A stretch of 64,000 bases of DNA, from NCBI GenBank assembly GCA_036960805.1, contig JBALXL010000002.1, positions 75,052-139,051 on the forward strand, given 5' to 3'. This document shows positions 19,201 to 26,868 of the stretch, in pieces (positions within the stretch are counted from its first letter, which is position 1; each line of letters opens with the position of its first letter). Under the pieces are notes generated by a model. The model ran no database searches, was not told the DNA's origin, and worked only from the letters and a program-made list of their open reading frames with translations. The position numbers and the translations under genes are program-made. Origin of the DNA: Pseudomonadales bacterium. GTDB lineage: Bacteria; Pseudomonadota; Gammaproteobacteria; Pseudomonadales; IMCC2047.

Positions 19201-19821
19201 GTAATTGAAGACCATGCCATTAGTCTGGACGTAGGTGAGTGGGTTGTCGATACTGCTCTAATACAAATCAACCAATGGCAAAGCATGGGGATACATCTAC
19301 CCATCAGCGTCAATATTAGCGCCTATCAACTACAACAAGATAACTTCTCAATTCGCTTAGCCGAGTTATTAGCAGCGCACCCTGAAGTAAACCCACGCCA
19401 TTTAGAATTAGAAATACTGGAAACAAGCGCCTTAGGTGACCTGCAACATGTGTCAACAATCATGAATGCCTGTATAGCGCTCGGCGTAAACTTTTCCATA
19501 GATGATTTTGGTACAGGCTATTCATCACTTACATACCTTAGACATTTGCCAGCCAGCCTGATTAAGATAGACCAAAGCTTTGTACGTGACATGTTGATTG
19601 ACCCTGATGATTTGGCCATTATTGAAGGCGTTATAGCCTTAGCTAAATCATTCAAACGTGATGTAATTGCTGAAGGCGTTGAAACGATTGAGCATGGCAC
19701 TGCTCTATTGCAACTGGGCTGTGAATTAGCACAAGGATATGGCATTGCAAGGCCGATGCCTGCAGGTGATATTCCTGCGTGGGTGGATGGGTGGAAGCCT
19801 GAGGTTAGTTGGCAGACCTGA
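16213..19821 (+). CDS. Multidomain sensor: TM-flanked N-terminal domain, PAS, GAF, PAS, PAS, GGDEF, EAL (paralog B)
   Basis: 1202 aa. TM helices near aa 12-32 and 180-200. The PAS segment has LNIINGAKLGYWDWHY. The GAF-like segment is ~aa 350-510. Two more PAS modules follow, then GGDEF (RIGGDEFIAV) and EAL (EALIRWQHP, DDFGTGYSSL). Confidence 0.9.
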   Translation: MHLMEAGSRKVLFFSISVTLLIMAVVYYSFLTGRDIAERHSPLVDAAMAIKLEATTAHLWFEEVVSGDRTVDIEVIWAHLDQSEWYAHAMLDGGKNEKGTFLALNDPNLRLQVEETITGLHNFRQIAQQRWNAQSTSGAGSDLDQQFDLAFLQFNLSADNVENALHKAIAEDLQAFKFTQRLLIILIFILGIVIGGLLLRYNTRQIKNIDALKLSEENVRQSQNLLLNIINGAKLGYWDWHYQTGVHIVNDEWLSMLGLSRQDITNHTRDWEDRIHPADEEFVKKNVQTHIQSGKNYVTEFRMKHADGRWIWIQGSGSVVEYDESTHEPLRLCGTHQDITERKLAELREKSRAHVLELLTSDELLPVILEAIVRGVEQENPAMLCSILLLDDAGKHLLSGAAPSLPDFYNTAINGVEIGMGVGSCGTAAFTNERVIVDDIQIHPYWTSYKELANKAALGACWSEPIRSIEGKVLGTFAIYHHDKYQPTVANLSLIEQTAYLASIAIEQAQSHLALKNNELRFHQLLQSIPSVAVQGYDYEGKTRYWNKASENLYGYSADEAIGQSLYDLIIPPAMRPGVRDAMQQMLESQHPIPSGELTLMTKDGSYINVFSSHAYVHVPGQSPEMFCIDVDLTERKQSEEKLKLAATVFSHAREGIMITDASGNIVEVNDTFTNITGYSREDVIGQNPRMLQSGGQSPEFYAEMWESLLEKEHWKGEVWNRRKSGEICAQLLTISTVQDAAGQAQNYVALFTDITQMKEHQGQLEHIAHYDVLTNLPNRVLLSDRLSQAMVQCQRHHQSLAVAFLDLDGFKDVNDTHGHNVGDELLITLSRRMKEALREGDTLARIGGDEFIAVLAGLAKAEDCQPVLERLLQAAATPVTVDNAVMQVSASIGVAIYPQDNVDTDQLMRHADQAMYVAKQAGKNRYHLFDTVQDEAVKIQRKSIGDIRSALERREFVLHYQPKVNMHTGNVIGVEALIRWQHPNLGLLSPAAFLPVIEDHAISLDVGEWVVDTALIQINQWQSMGIHLPISVNISAYQLQQDNFSIRLAELLAAHPEVNPRHLELEILETSALGDLQHVSTIMNACIALGVNFSIDDFGTGYSSLTYLRHLPASLIKIDQSFVRDMLIDPDDLAIIEGVIALAKSFKRDVIAEGVETIEHGTALLQLGCELAQGYGIARPMPAGDIPAWVDGWKPEVSWQT

Positions 19822-20082
19822 ATAAATTGAAGAGCGATTTGAGAACCCCCGACGTTGCCGTCGTGCCAGTTCTAGCCACCATATATGAATGTGCCAAAAG
19901 TGTTGTAGCGCTATCTTCCTGATGTTAAATAACCTAGCTGTCCGCATGAGTCGAAAGCAGACAGTCTGACATGTAAATCTCACCCGATCTTCCAGTTACT
20001 TCGTGAAACACAAACCACTCAAAGCAATCTTAGTTGCTGCAACTAACACCCCCAGCCAAGTTTTAGTTTTTCAGGTTTTTAG

Positions 20083-20215
20083 CTTCTCGGCCATTCCGAC
20101 CCCACGGTGACGCAGCAGATGCTCACCTCTCTACCAGAGCCCTTCAGGAAGCCGAAAAAAGTGCGGCGGCGTGTCTTGCCGTCACCCTGTCAAAAGAGCC
20201 CTAAAGGCAGCCCCT
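20083..20215 (+). pseudogene. 3'-terminal integrase remnant, copy b
   Basis: LLGHSDPTVTQ, then frameshifted YAHLS..RALQEA-equivalent sequence. It is nucleotide-homologous to 11940..12056. The post-gene spacer homology continues to ~20283 (versus ~12130), about 45 bp before the RNase H start. Confidence 0.7.
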
Positions 20216-20324
20216 CTAGGCGACATTGCTACGCCCACATCCTTCGGCGCGCGGCCTGGTTTCCCATTATTTTTTTGCTTTTAAATCACAATAGCTTTAT
20301 ACAAGCCCCCAACAGGAGATAACA

Positions 20325-21071
20325 ATGCCACCAAAGAAGTTTTACGCAGTTTGGGCCGGCCATAAACCCGGCATTTACACCACTTGGGCTGAAGCAGAGA
20401 AACAAGTGAAGGGTTATCCCAAAGCGGGATTTAAATCATTTTCAACAAGACCGCTTGCCGAAGAAGCATTCGCTAACGGTACAGTTGCACCCTCAAAACC
20501 TGCTCTTCAACGCAAACCAGCAGAATCCCCTAACGCCACCAACGGAACATCTACTTCCGATGTAGATATTTTCTGTGATGGGGCATGTAACCCAAACCCT
20601 GGACAGTCAGGTACTGGCATCGCTATCTACAAAAAACAGCAACTGGATCAGCTTTGGTATGGTCTACACAACCGATCTGGAACCAACAATACTGCCGAGC
20701 TACTGGGGCTTTACCATTCACTCATATTTGCCAAAGCAGCCGCAGAAGATGGCCAAAGCGTCACGGTTCACTGTGACTCTAAATACTCCATTGACTGCGT
20801 TACAACATGGGCATCGGGATGGAAGGCTAAGGGCTGGAAAAAGAAAAGTGGCGAGATTAAGAACCTAGACATCATCAAACCTGCACACACTCTTTATTTA
20901 GAGATCGCTGCCAAAGTTCAAGTGCAGCATGTAAAAGGCCATGCGGGCATTGAAGGTAATGAGTTAGCTGATCGTATGTCTGTGATTGCTATCGAGCGAC
21001 AAGAGGCTGAGCTGAGTCAATATACTGAATCACTGTCTATTCCCGATATTTTAGCGCTGGCCAGAGGCTAA
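20325..21071 (+). CDS. RNase H1 with an N-terminal hybrid-binding (Cauli_VI-type) domain
   Basis: 248 aa. The N-terminus KKFYAVWAGHKPGIYTTWAEAEKQVKGYPKAGFKSFSTRPLAEEAF is the HBD signature. A Pro/Ser/Thr linker follows. The RNase H core has the DEDD residues (CDGACNPNPG, NNTAELLGL, HCDSKY, GNELADRMS). GGAG lies 8 nt upstream of the ATG. Confidence 0.85.
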   Translation: MPPKKFYAVWAGHKPGIYTTWAEAEKQVKGYPKAGFKSFSTRPLAEEAFANGTVAPSKPALQRKPAESPNATNGTSTSDVDIFCDGACNPNPGQSGTGIAIYKKQQLDQLWYGLHNRSGTNNTAELLGLYHSLIFAKAAAEDGQSVTVHCDSKYSIDCVTTWASGWKAKGWKKKSGEIKNLDIIKPAHTLYLEIAAKVQVQHVKGHAGIEGNELADRMSVIAIERQEAELSQYTESLSIPDILALARG

Positions 21072-21263
21072 CTTTTAGACTAATAGTGCCAAAGATGTTC
21101 TGAGCAAGGACGACGATTTCCACCTCGTTAACGGGCTAAAAAAGGTGTAAATGTGACTCACTGATTGCGCTCGGCTATTTCGTTGTGTGAGTAATTTAAA
21201 TAAATACATCCAAATAATTTAGATTTGAATTTTTGAATAAAGATAAAAAAGTAAGGGTAAGTA

Positions 21264-22616
21264 ATGGCTATTGGCTTTGATTTTGGAACATCTAATTGTT
21301 CGGTTGCACATGTTGTTAACGGTAATGTTCAAGCTATTCCTTTGTCGGATAACGAATCATCTATCCTATCCGCATTGTGCGCGCCGACTCGCCAAACGGT
21401 ACCCGAGTATCTTTTTAGTTGCCTTAATATTTCACCTATGAACAGCGTCGGTGAAGGTGCGCTCAGGCGGGCAATCGCTGAGAACCGAGCAGAGGATTTG
21501 CAGGTAAAAATAGATGACGTGCTCTTTGGTAAACAGGCTTTAGATTTATATCTGGAAGACCCCGAAAATGTCTATTACGTAAAATCGCCGAAGTCATTCT
21601 TGGGCACACTGCAACTGCATGAGCCTCAACTGGCAATGTTTGAAGATATCGTCTGTGCGATGATGGCTAATATCAAAACAAAGGCGGAAGCATCCTTAGA
21701 TAGACAAATCACTGAAACAGTTATCGGCCGGCCTATTAATTTTAATACCCTAGGCGGGGAAAAATCGAATATTCAGGCTGAGGGAATATTGCGTAGAGCT
21801 GCGTCTCGGGCAGGGTTTAAGCATATTGAATTTCAATTTGAGCCTGTTGCGGCAGGTTTAGATTTTGAATCCACTTTAACGTCAGAAAAAAATGTTCTCG
21901 TTGTCGATATCGGGGGTGGAACCTCCGATTGCTCGTTGATTCGCATGGGACCAAAGTGGCTGGCAAAGAAGGACCGTTCGGAAACCCTCTTAGCTCATGC
22001 TGGCAAGTCAGTGGGCGGCAACAATTTAGATATCTCAATAGCATTTCAGCGATTCATGCCTGAGTTTGGTAAAAACACAGAACAAAAATCAGGTTTACCT
22101 ATGCCATCAATGGCATTTTTGAACGCGGTTTCCACTAATGATGTTATTGCACAGAGAAAATTTTATTCATATGAAAACCTGGAAGCGCTAAGAAAATTAC
22201 GTATCGAAGCCAAGCAACCAGATAAATTAGAGAGGCTTATTCAGGTGCATCAAAAAGCATTAGGGCACCTGGTTGTTGGTGAGTCTGAAAAAGCAAAAAT
22301 CGCATTATCAGATAAATCACATCATACAGCGAATATCGAATTACCATCAGAAACGATTGATATACCTATGTTCGCTGAGCAAATGGAACACGCTATTGCC
22401 GGGCCAATGCGCCAAATAAAAAGTTTGATTGAAGAAATATTGACGCAAGGAGCCGTAAAACCAGACGTGGTATATATAACAGGCGGTTCTGCACGCTCTC
22501 CCTTTGTACAAAATACGGTGAAATCAGTACTTCCTAATACGCCTATCGTCGGTGGGGATTATTTAAGCTCCGTGACTTATGGCCTCGCCAGATGGGCAAA
22601 CTTATGTTTTAGGTAA
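21264..22616 (+). CDS. yegD: Hsp70-family actin-like ATPase, YegD type
   Basis: 450 aa, the same length as E. coli YegD. Hsp70 NBD motifs are IGFDFGTSNC (phosphate 1), VVDIGGGTSDCSLI (phosphate 2) and ITGGSARSPFVQ (adenosine). There is no canonical DnaK substrate-binding domain. Confidence 0.8.
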   Translation: MAIGFDFGTSNCSVAHVVNGNVQAIPLSDNESSILSALCAPTRQTVPEYLFSCLNISPMNSVGEGALRRAIAENRAEDLQVKIDDVLFGKQALDLYLEDPENVYYVKSPKSFLGTLQLHEPQLAMFEDIVCAMMANIKTKAEASLDRQITETVIGRPINFNTLGGEKSNIQAEGILRRAASRAGFKHIEFQFEPVAAGLDFESTLTSEKNVLVVDIGGGTSDCSLIRMGPKWLAKKDRSETLLAHAGKSVGGNNLDISIAFQRFMPEFGKNTEQKSGLPMPSMAFLNAVSTNDVIAQRKFYSYENLEALRKLRIEAKQPDKLERLIQVHQKALGHLVVGESEKAKIALSDKSHHTANIELPSETIDIPMFAEQMEHAIAGPMRQIKSLIEEILTQGAVKPDVVYITGGSARSPFVQNTVKSVLPNTPIVGGDYLSSVTYGLARWANLCFR

Positions 22617-22939
22617 GCGCAACTGCCGAACTTAATTGGGCTCCAATGATTTACTTTCCCCCTCCAAGTTCAGTTTTTGTTCGGCGTTCCGCATACACCT
22701 CCCCGTGGAGCTCATAACCGAGTGAGCAACAAAAACCCCTTTTCGCCACCAGAAAGCTTGCCCATGGCTCGGGCGGCTTTCAGCTCACTCCATCCACCTG
22801 AAAAACGCTTTACAATTCTTCCGCTTACGAGATCCAAAACAAAAACATTCATAGCTGTAAGTACGCTGTTAACAGATATTTGGTCCTCTAAAGATCCAAG
22901 TATCCCAAGCAGGCGTTTGATGTCTACAAGGAGAGGTAT

Positions 22940-23464
22940 ATGAAAAAACTACTATTAGCCGTAGCCATCACTTTAAGCCTGGCAGGTTGCGGGCACGTCA
23001 GCGTTGAAGACTATGCAGCCAACCAGCCACAATTTGACCCTCAGAAATTCTTCAACGGATCACTCTCCGCTGAGGGAATAGTGCTTTCTCGCAGCGGAGA
23101 GTTGCAGCGTTACTTTACCGCTGACATTGAGGCCACATGGCACAAAAGCAACGGCAGCCTAAAGGAAACCTTTTATTGGAATGACGGTGAACGACAACAG
23201 CGGCACTGGAAATTTAACCGCCGTGAGGATGGCACTTGGCTCGGTACCGCAGAAGACGTTGAGGGCATGGCCGAAATGCGCTTTAGCGGCAATGCGATTC
23301 ACATGCGCTACCCCCTGCAACTATCAATGGGAGGGCGCACCATAACGCTCACCATGGATGACTGGCTGTTTCAGGTATCCGACAATGTCATCATTAACAA
23401 AACCCGTATTAGCAAATTCGGATTTAGACTGGGTGACGTGATATTGACCATTCGCAAGCCTTAA
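22940..23464 (+). CDS. DUF3833 family lipoprotein
   Basis: 174 aa. Lipobox LSLAGC, then PQFDPQKFFNGSLSAEGIVLSRSGELQRYFTADIEATW, resembling DUF3833 as I recall it. Confidence 0.65.
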   Translation: MKKLLLAVAITLSLAGCGHVSVEDYAANQPQFDPQKFFNGSLSAEGIVLSRSGELQRYFTADIEATWHKSNGSLKETFYWNDGERQQRHWKFNRREDGTWLGTAEDVEGMAEMRFSGNAIHMRYPLQLSMGGRTITLTMDDWLFQVSDNVIINKTRISKFGFRLGDVILTIRKP

Positions 23465-23684
23465 TACGGGTTACGCGACTAAAGTAGTCCAGCAATAGAA
23501 CAACGCAACTAATTAGAGTATCCGACGCAGCCCTTTTATAACGTCGAGCAGCATAAAAACAAACCCCCAAGGATAACCCCACTACCTCCCTCTATTTCAA
23601 TAATAAAATGCAATGATCTTTTACGCTGACTGTCCTAAGATGAACTCATTGTTATTTGTTGCTTCTTCCCGAAAGGAATCCTAC

Positions 23685-26459
23685 ATGCCACGCAGCACAG
23701 ACTTCAAAAAAATTACTTGTTTTAAATCTCTGCTTATCAGCGCCAGTCTGACGTTTTCAGCAGCGATTTTTGCCGATACTCTGGATCAGGCGCAACAATC
23801 CTTCGACAAGGCCTCTTACCCTACAGCTATTATTGAATTAAAGAATATCCTGCAAGCGGAGCCTGAAAATGCCGCTGCTCGATTATTACTAGGGCGTAGT
23901 TATTTAAAACAACGAAATATTCTAGCGGCCATCAAAGAACTGGAGTCGGCAAAACAGCTCGGGGCACCAGAGTCAGAGTGGCTGGTACCGCTCAACCGAG
24001 GTTATTTACTGAGCGGTAAAACGGATGACGTTATTGCCTCGCTAGATAAGCTGCCGCAACTCGCTAACGCTGAGCAAGCGGAGCTATTGGCGATTATCGG
24101 CCATGCCCAACTGAGCAAAAACCAAATCATTGATGCCAAGGATTCCTTTCAACAGGCTCTCTCAACAGATAAAAATGCCTATGCAAAAATTGGGCTTGCG
24201 CGAGTGGCAATGTTGGAACAACAAAACGATGTCGCCCTGCCTTTACTAGAAGAAGCGCTGTCCATTGATCCAAATAACCTGAACGCCCTGTTATCTAAAA
24301 GCCAACTCTTATCGTCACAACAACAGTTTCAAGAGGCCATTGAACCGCTGGATCGCGCGCTGGAGGTTGATAACCGCCTACAAAATGCCCGCATGATGCG
24401 TAGTGAACTTTATATCCGCACCAATCAACTTAAAAAAGCTCGCAGCGAAGCCGAATTACTGCTTAAACAAAACCCCAATAATGGCTTGGCGTATTTCACT
24501 CTTGCGCGCCTGCAGTTAAATGATCAGCAATACGCTGCAGCGCAAACCTCAGGTGAAAAAGCCCTACGTTCAATGCCTGATCATTTGATGAGTCATTTTA
24601 TTTTGGGTGCCACTCATTACGCTCAGCAAAACTTCGAGCAAGCGCAATTTTATCTGGAAAAATTCGTCGCAGCGCAACCTGACCATCTAATTGCCACTCG
24701 TCTGCTAGGGGCTATTTACCTTCAACTCAAAGACTCAGACCGTGCCGTTGAACTATTAGCTGCCTATGACAGCAAAGGCATCAGTAACGATGCGCAGCTG
24801 ATCAATCTACTAGGCCGCGCATATTTACAGTCTGGCGACTACACGCAGGGAACAGAAACACTCAATCGAGCATTAGAGATAAACCCTGACATTCAAAACA
24901 CTCGTACTCAACTTGCGATAGGTCAGATTGCCAGTGGTGACGTTAACAAGGCGATTGTCGAACTGGAAAACGCCATAGCGCTACCCGACGCCACCGAACA
25001 AACCAGTGTCATGCTGATACTTTCCTACCTCAACCAACAGCAACTCGACAAAGCTTTTGCGGCCATTAAAAACGCCCGCCAACAATACCCTGATAATGCA
25101 GCCTTCCTTAACCTCAAGGGCATGACTCACGAAAATCAACAAGATACCGTCGCGGCTAGAGCAGCCTACGAAGAGGCGTTAAACATAGATAAAAAATTCA
25201 TTCCTGCGCTATTGGCCTTAGCCAAACTAGATATGAAATCACACCAAATTTCGGCTGCTCGCGCACGTTTGAATAGCGCACTTGAAATCGATAAAAACCA
25301 CCCACAAAGCTTATTGTTGATGGCCCAATCATCCCAAATAAAGGGTGACACCAATGAGATGATTAAATGGCTGAAAAAGGCCCGTGATAGAAACAGCGCA
25401 ATGATTTTACCCGTTAACCTGCTCACCAATTATTATCTAACCGTTGGTGATTTAAAAAAGGCTAGTAGTGAAGCTTCACGCTATTTCACTAGCCAGGACA
25501 AAAGCGTTCACAGCCTGTTATTAATGGCACGCGTTGCTTTAGCGAAAGGAGAAAATGATAAAGCCAGCTCCTATCTACAGGACGTGGTATCAAGCAACCC
25601 CAAAAACATCAACAGCCGACTGCAGCTGGCTCAGCTATACAGCAACAGTAAAGATTATGCACAGGCGTTAAAACATCTTGATGAAGTACTTGCCCTACAG
25701 CCACAACATCTCGGAGCGCAAACGGCTCTTGCTGGCATTCTCATCGCAGAACAACGCTACGATGAGGCCCAGCAAGCCATCGATAAGTTTTCCAGCAACG
25801 TACCTGATCACTTCATGACAGATCGCCTGCAAGGTGACTGGTTTGCAGCCCAGCAACAAACCGGCAAGGCCATCGAAGCCTATGCAAAAGCCTTTAGCAT
25901 GAAACAAACGCCTTACCTGGCTAACACGCTGAGTCGGATTTATGCTCAAGAGGGAAATCAACAGCAAGCCGCCGATACATTAGAAGCATATTTACTGAGC
26001 GCACCAACAGATCATAAAAGTCGCCTTGTCTTAGCCTCACACTACCAACAAATTGGCAGCAACGCCCAGGCGATCAAGCATTATGAAAAAATTGCAGCAA
26101 TAGAGGAAAATGTGATCACCTTCAACAATCTGGCCTGGCTTTATTGGCTGGAAAGATCGAGTAAAGCACTCAGCACCGCTGAAAAAGCTTACCAATTAGC
26201 GTCCGATAGCGCCGCTGTTATCGATACCTATGGCTGGATCATGCTACACCAAGGTGACAAATCAAAAGCTCTGAAGCTCATTCAAAAGGCAACGTCCCTA
26301 AGTCCAGCCAATCCGGACATACGGTATCATCTGGCTAAAGCGCTGGCCGATATGGGTGATAAGGACAAGGCAAAAAAAGAGATCAGCCGTCTGTTGAGAG
26401 ATTATCAGGGTTTTGAAGAAGAGCCCGCAGCCAAAAAGCTGGCGGCCGCATTGGAATAA
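23685..26459 (+). CDS. Large secreted TPR-repeat protein (PrsT-like)
   Basis: ATG at 23685 (GAAAGGA upstream) gives ~924 aa with a signal peptide and TPR-like repeats throughout. Size and repeat style resemble PEP-CTERM-system PrsT, but no exosortase gene is in the window. The track start at 23613 is probably too early. Confidence 0.7.
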   Translation: MPRSTDFKKITCFKSLLISASLTFSAAIFADTLDQAQQSFDKASYPTAIIELKNILQAEPENAAARLLLGRSYLKQRNILAAIKELESAKQLGAPESEWLVPLNRGYLLSGKTDDVIASLDKLPQLANAEQAELLAIIGHAQLSKNQIIDAKDSFQQALSTDKNAYAKIGLARVAMLEQQNDVALPLLEEALSIDPNNLNALLSKSQLLSSQQQFQEAIEPLDRALEVDNRLQNARMMRSELYIRTNQLKKARSEAELLLKQNPNNGLAYFTLARLQLNDQQYAAAQTSGEKALRSMPDHLMSHFILGATHYAQQNFEQAQFYLEKFVAAQPDHLIATRLLGAIYLQLKDSDRAVELLAAYDSKGISNDAQLINLLGRAYLQSGDYTQGTETLNRALEINPDIQNTRTQLAIGQIASGDVNKAIVELENAIALPDATEQTSVMLILSYLNQQQLDKAFAAIKNARQQYPDNAAFLNLKGMTHENQQDTVAARAAYEEALNIDKKFIPALLALAKLDMKSHQISAARARLNSALEIDKNHPQSLLLMAQSSQIKGDTNEMIKWLKKARDRNSAMILPVNLLTNYYLTVGDLKKASSEASRYFTSQDKSVHSLLLMARVALAKGENDKASSYLQDVVSSNPKNINSRLQLAQLYSNSKDYAQALKHLDEVLALQPQHLGAQTALAGILIAEQRYDEAQQAIDKFSSNVPDHFMTDRLQGDWFAAQQQTGKAIEAYAKAFSMKQTPYLANTLSRIYAQEGNQQQAADTLEAYLLSAPTDHKSRLVLASHYQQIGSNAQAIKHYEKIAAIEENVITFNNLAWLYWLERSSKALSTAEKAYQLASDSAAVIDTYGWIMLHQGDKSKALKLIQKATSLSPANPDIRYHLAKALADMGDKDKAKKEISRLLRDYQGFEEEPAAKKLAAALE

Positions 26460-26486
26460 TGCGCCGCTAACGTACTTACGAGACAA

Positions 26487-26528
26487 ATAAAAAGGCCCGC
26501 TAGCTTAATGTTAGCGGGCCTTTTTATT
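26487..26528. terminator. Bidirectional rho-independent terminator
   Basis: aaataaaaaggcccgcta-gcttaatgt-tagcgggcctttttatttg: a 9-bp GC-rich stem flanked by an A-run and a T-run, lying between convergent genes. Confidence 0.8.
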
Positions 26529-26555
26529 TGTCTGCTGCGGTAAATTTACCGTCTT

Positions 26556-26765
26556 TTAACGCATCGCAATATTCATCACTTGCTGAAGGCAATACAGACC
26601 TAAAAACAATGCAGGCCATTCACCTACCAAAACAAAAACCACCATTTGCTTTCTTTCTGGATCAAGCACAGAGAACTTCTGGCCGCCACGAATATAGTCC
26701 TGCACTTTGTGCAGACAGAAAAATCCGGCCAGTGCAGAGGCCCCAAGTATTGCCAATAAAAACAT
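26556..26765 (-). CDS. Possible small two-TM membrane protein
   Basis: 69 aa with two hydrophobic segments. It ends next to the bidirectional terminator. An overlapping plus-strand ORF of similar size makes this call weak. Confidence 0.35.
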   Translation of the reverse strand: MFLLAILGASALAGFFCLHKVQDYIRGGQKFSVLDPERKQMVVFVLVGEWPALFLGLYCLQQVMNIAMR

Positions 26766-26868
26766 ATTTTTAACTCCAGCATGCGTTGTGGCCGTCCATA
26801 TTAGTCGCCCGTTTGCTGAAGGGCAATAGTTGATTCATGCTCTTGTTACAAAGCACTTGATCGCACAA

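Noticed and set aside
20107-20322. 71-aa basic ORF (MTQQMLTSLPEPFRKPKKVRRR...) upstream of the RNase H gene
   Set aside because: It reads through the frameshifted integrase remnant and its spacer. Its nucleotide homolog at 11960-12130 is not open in the same frame.
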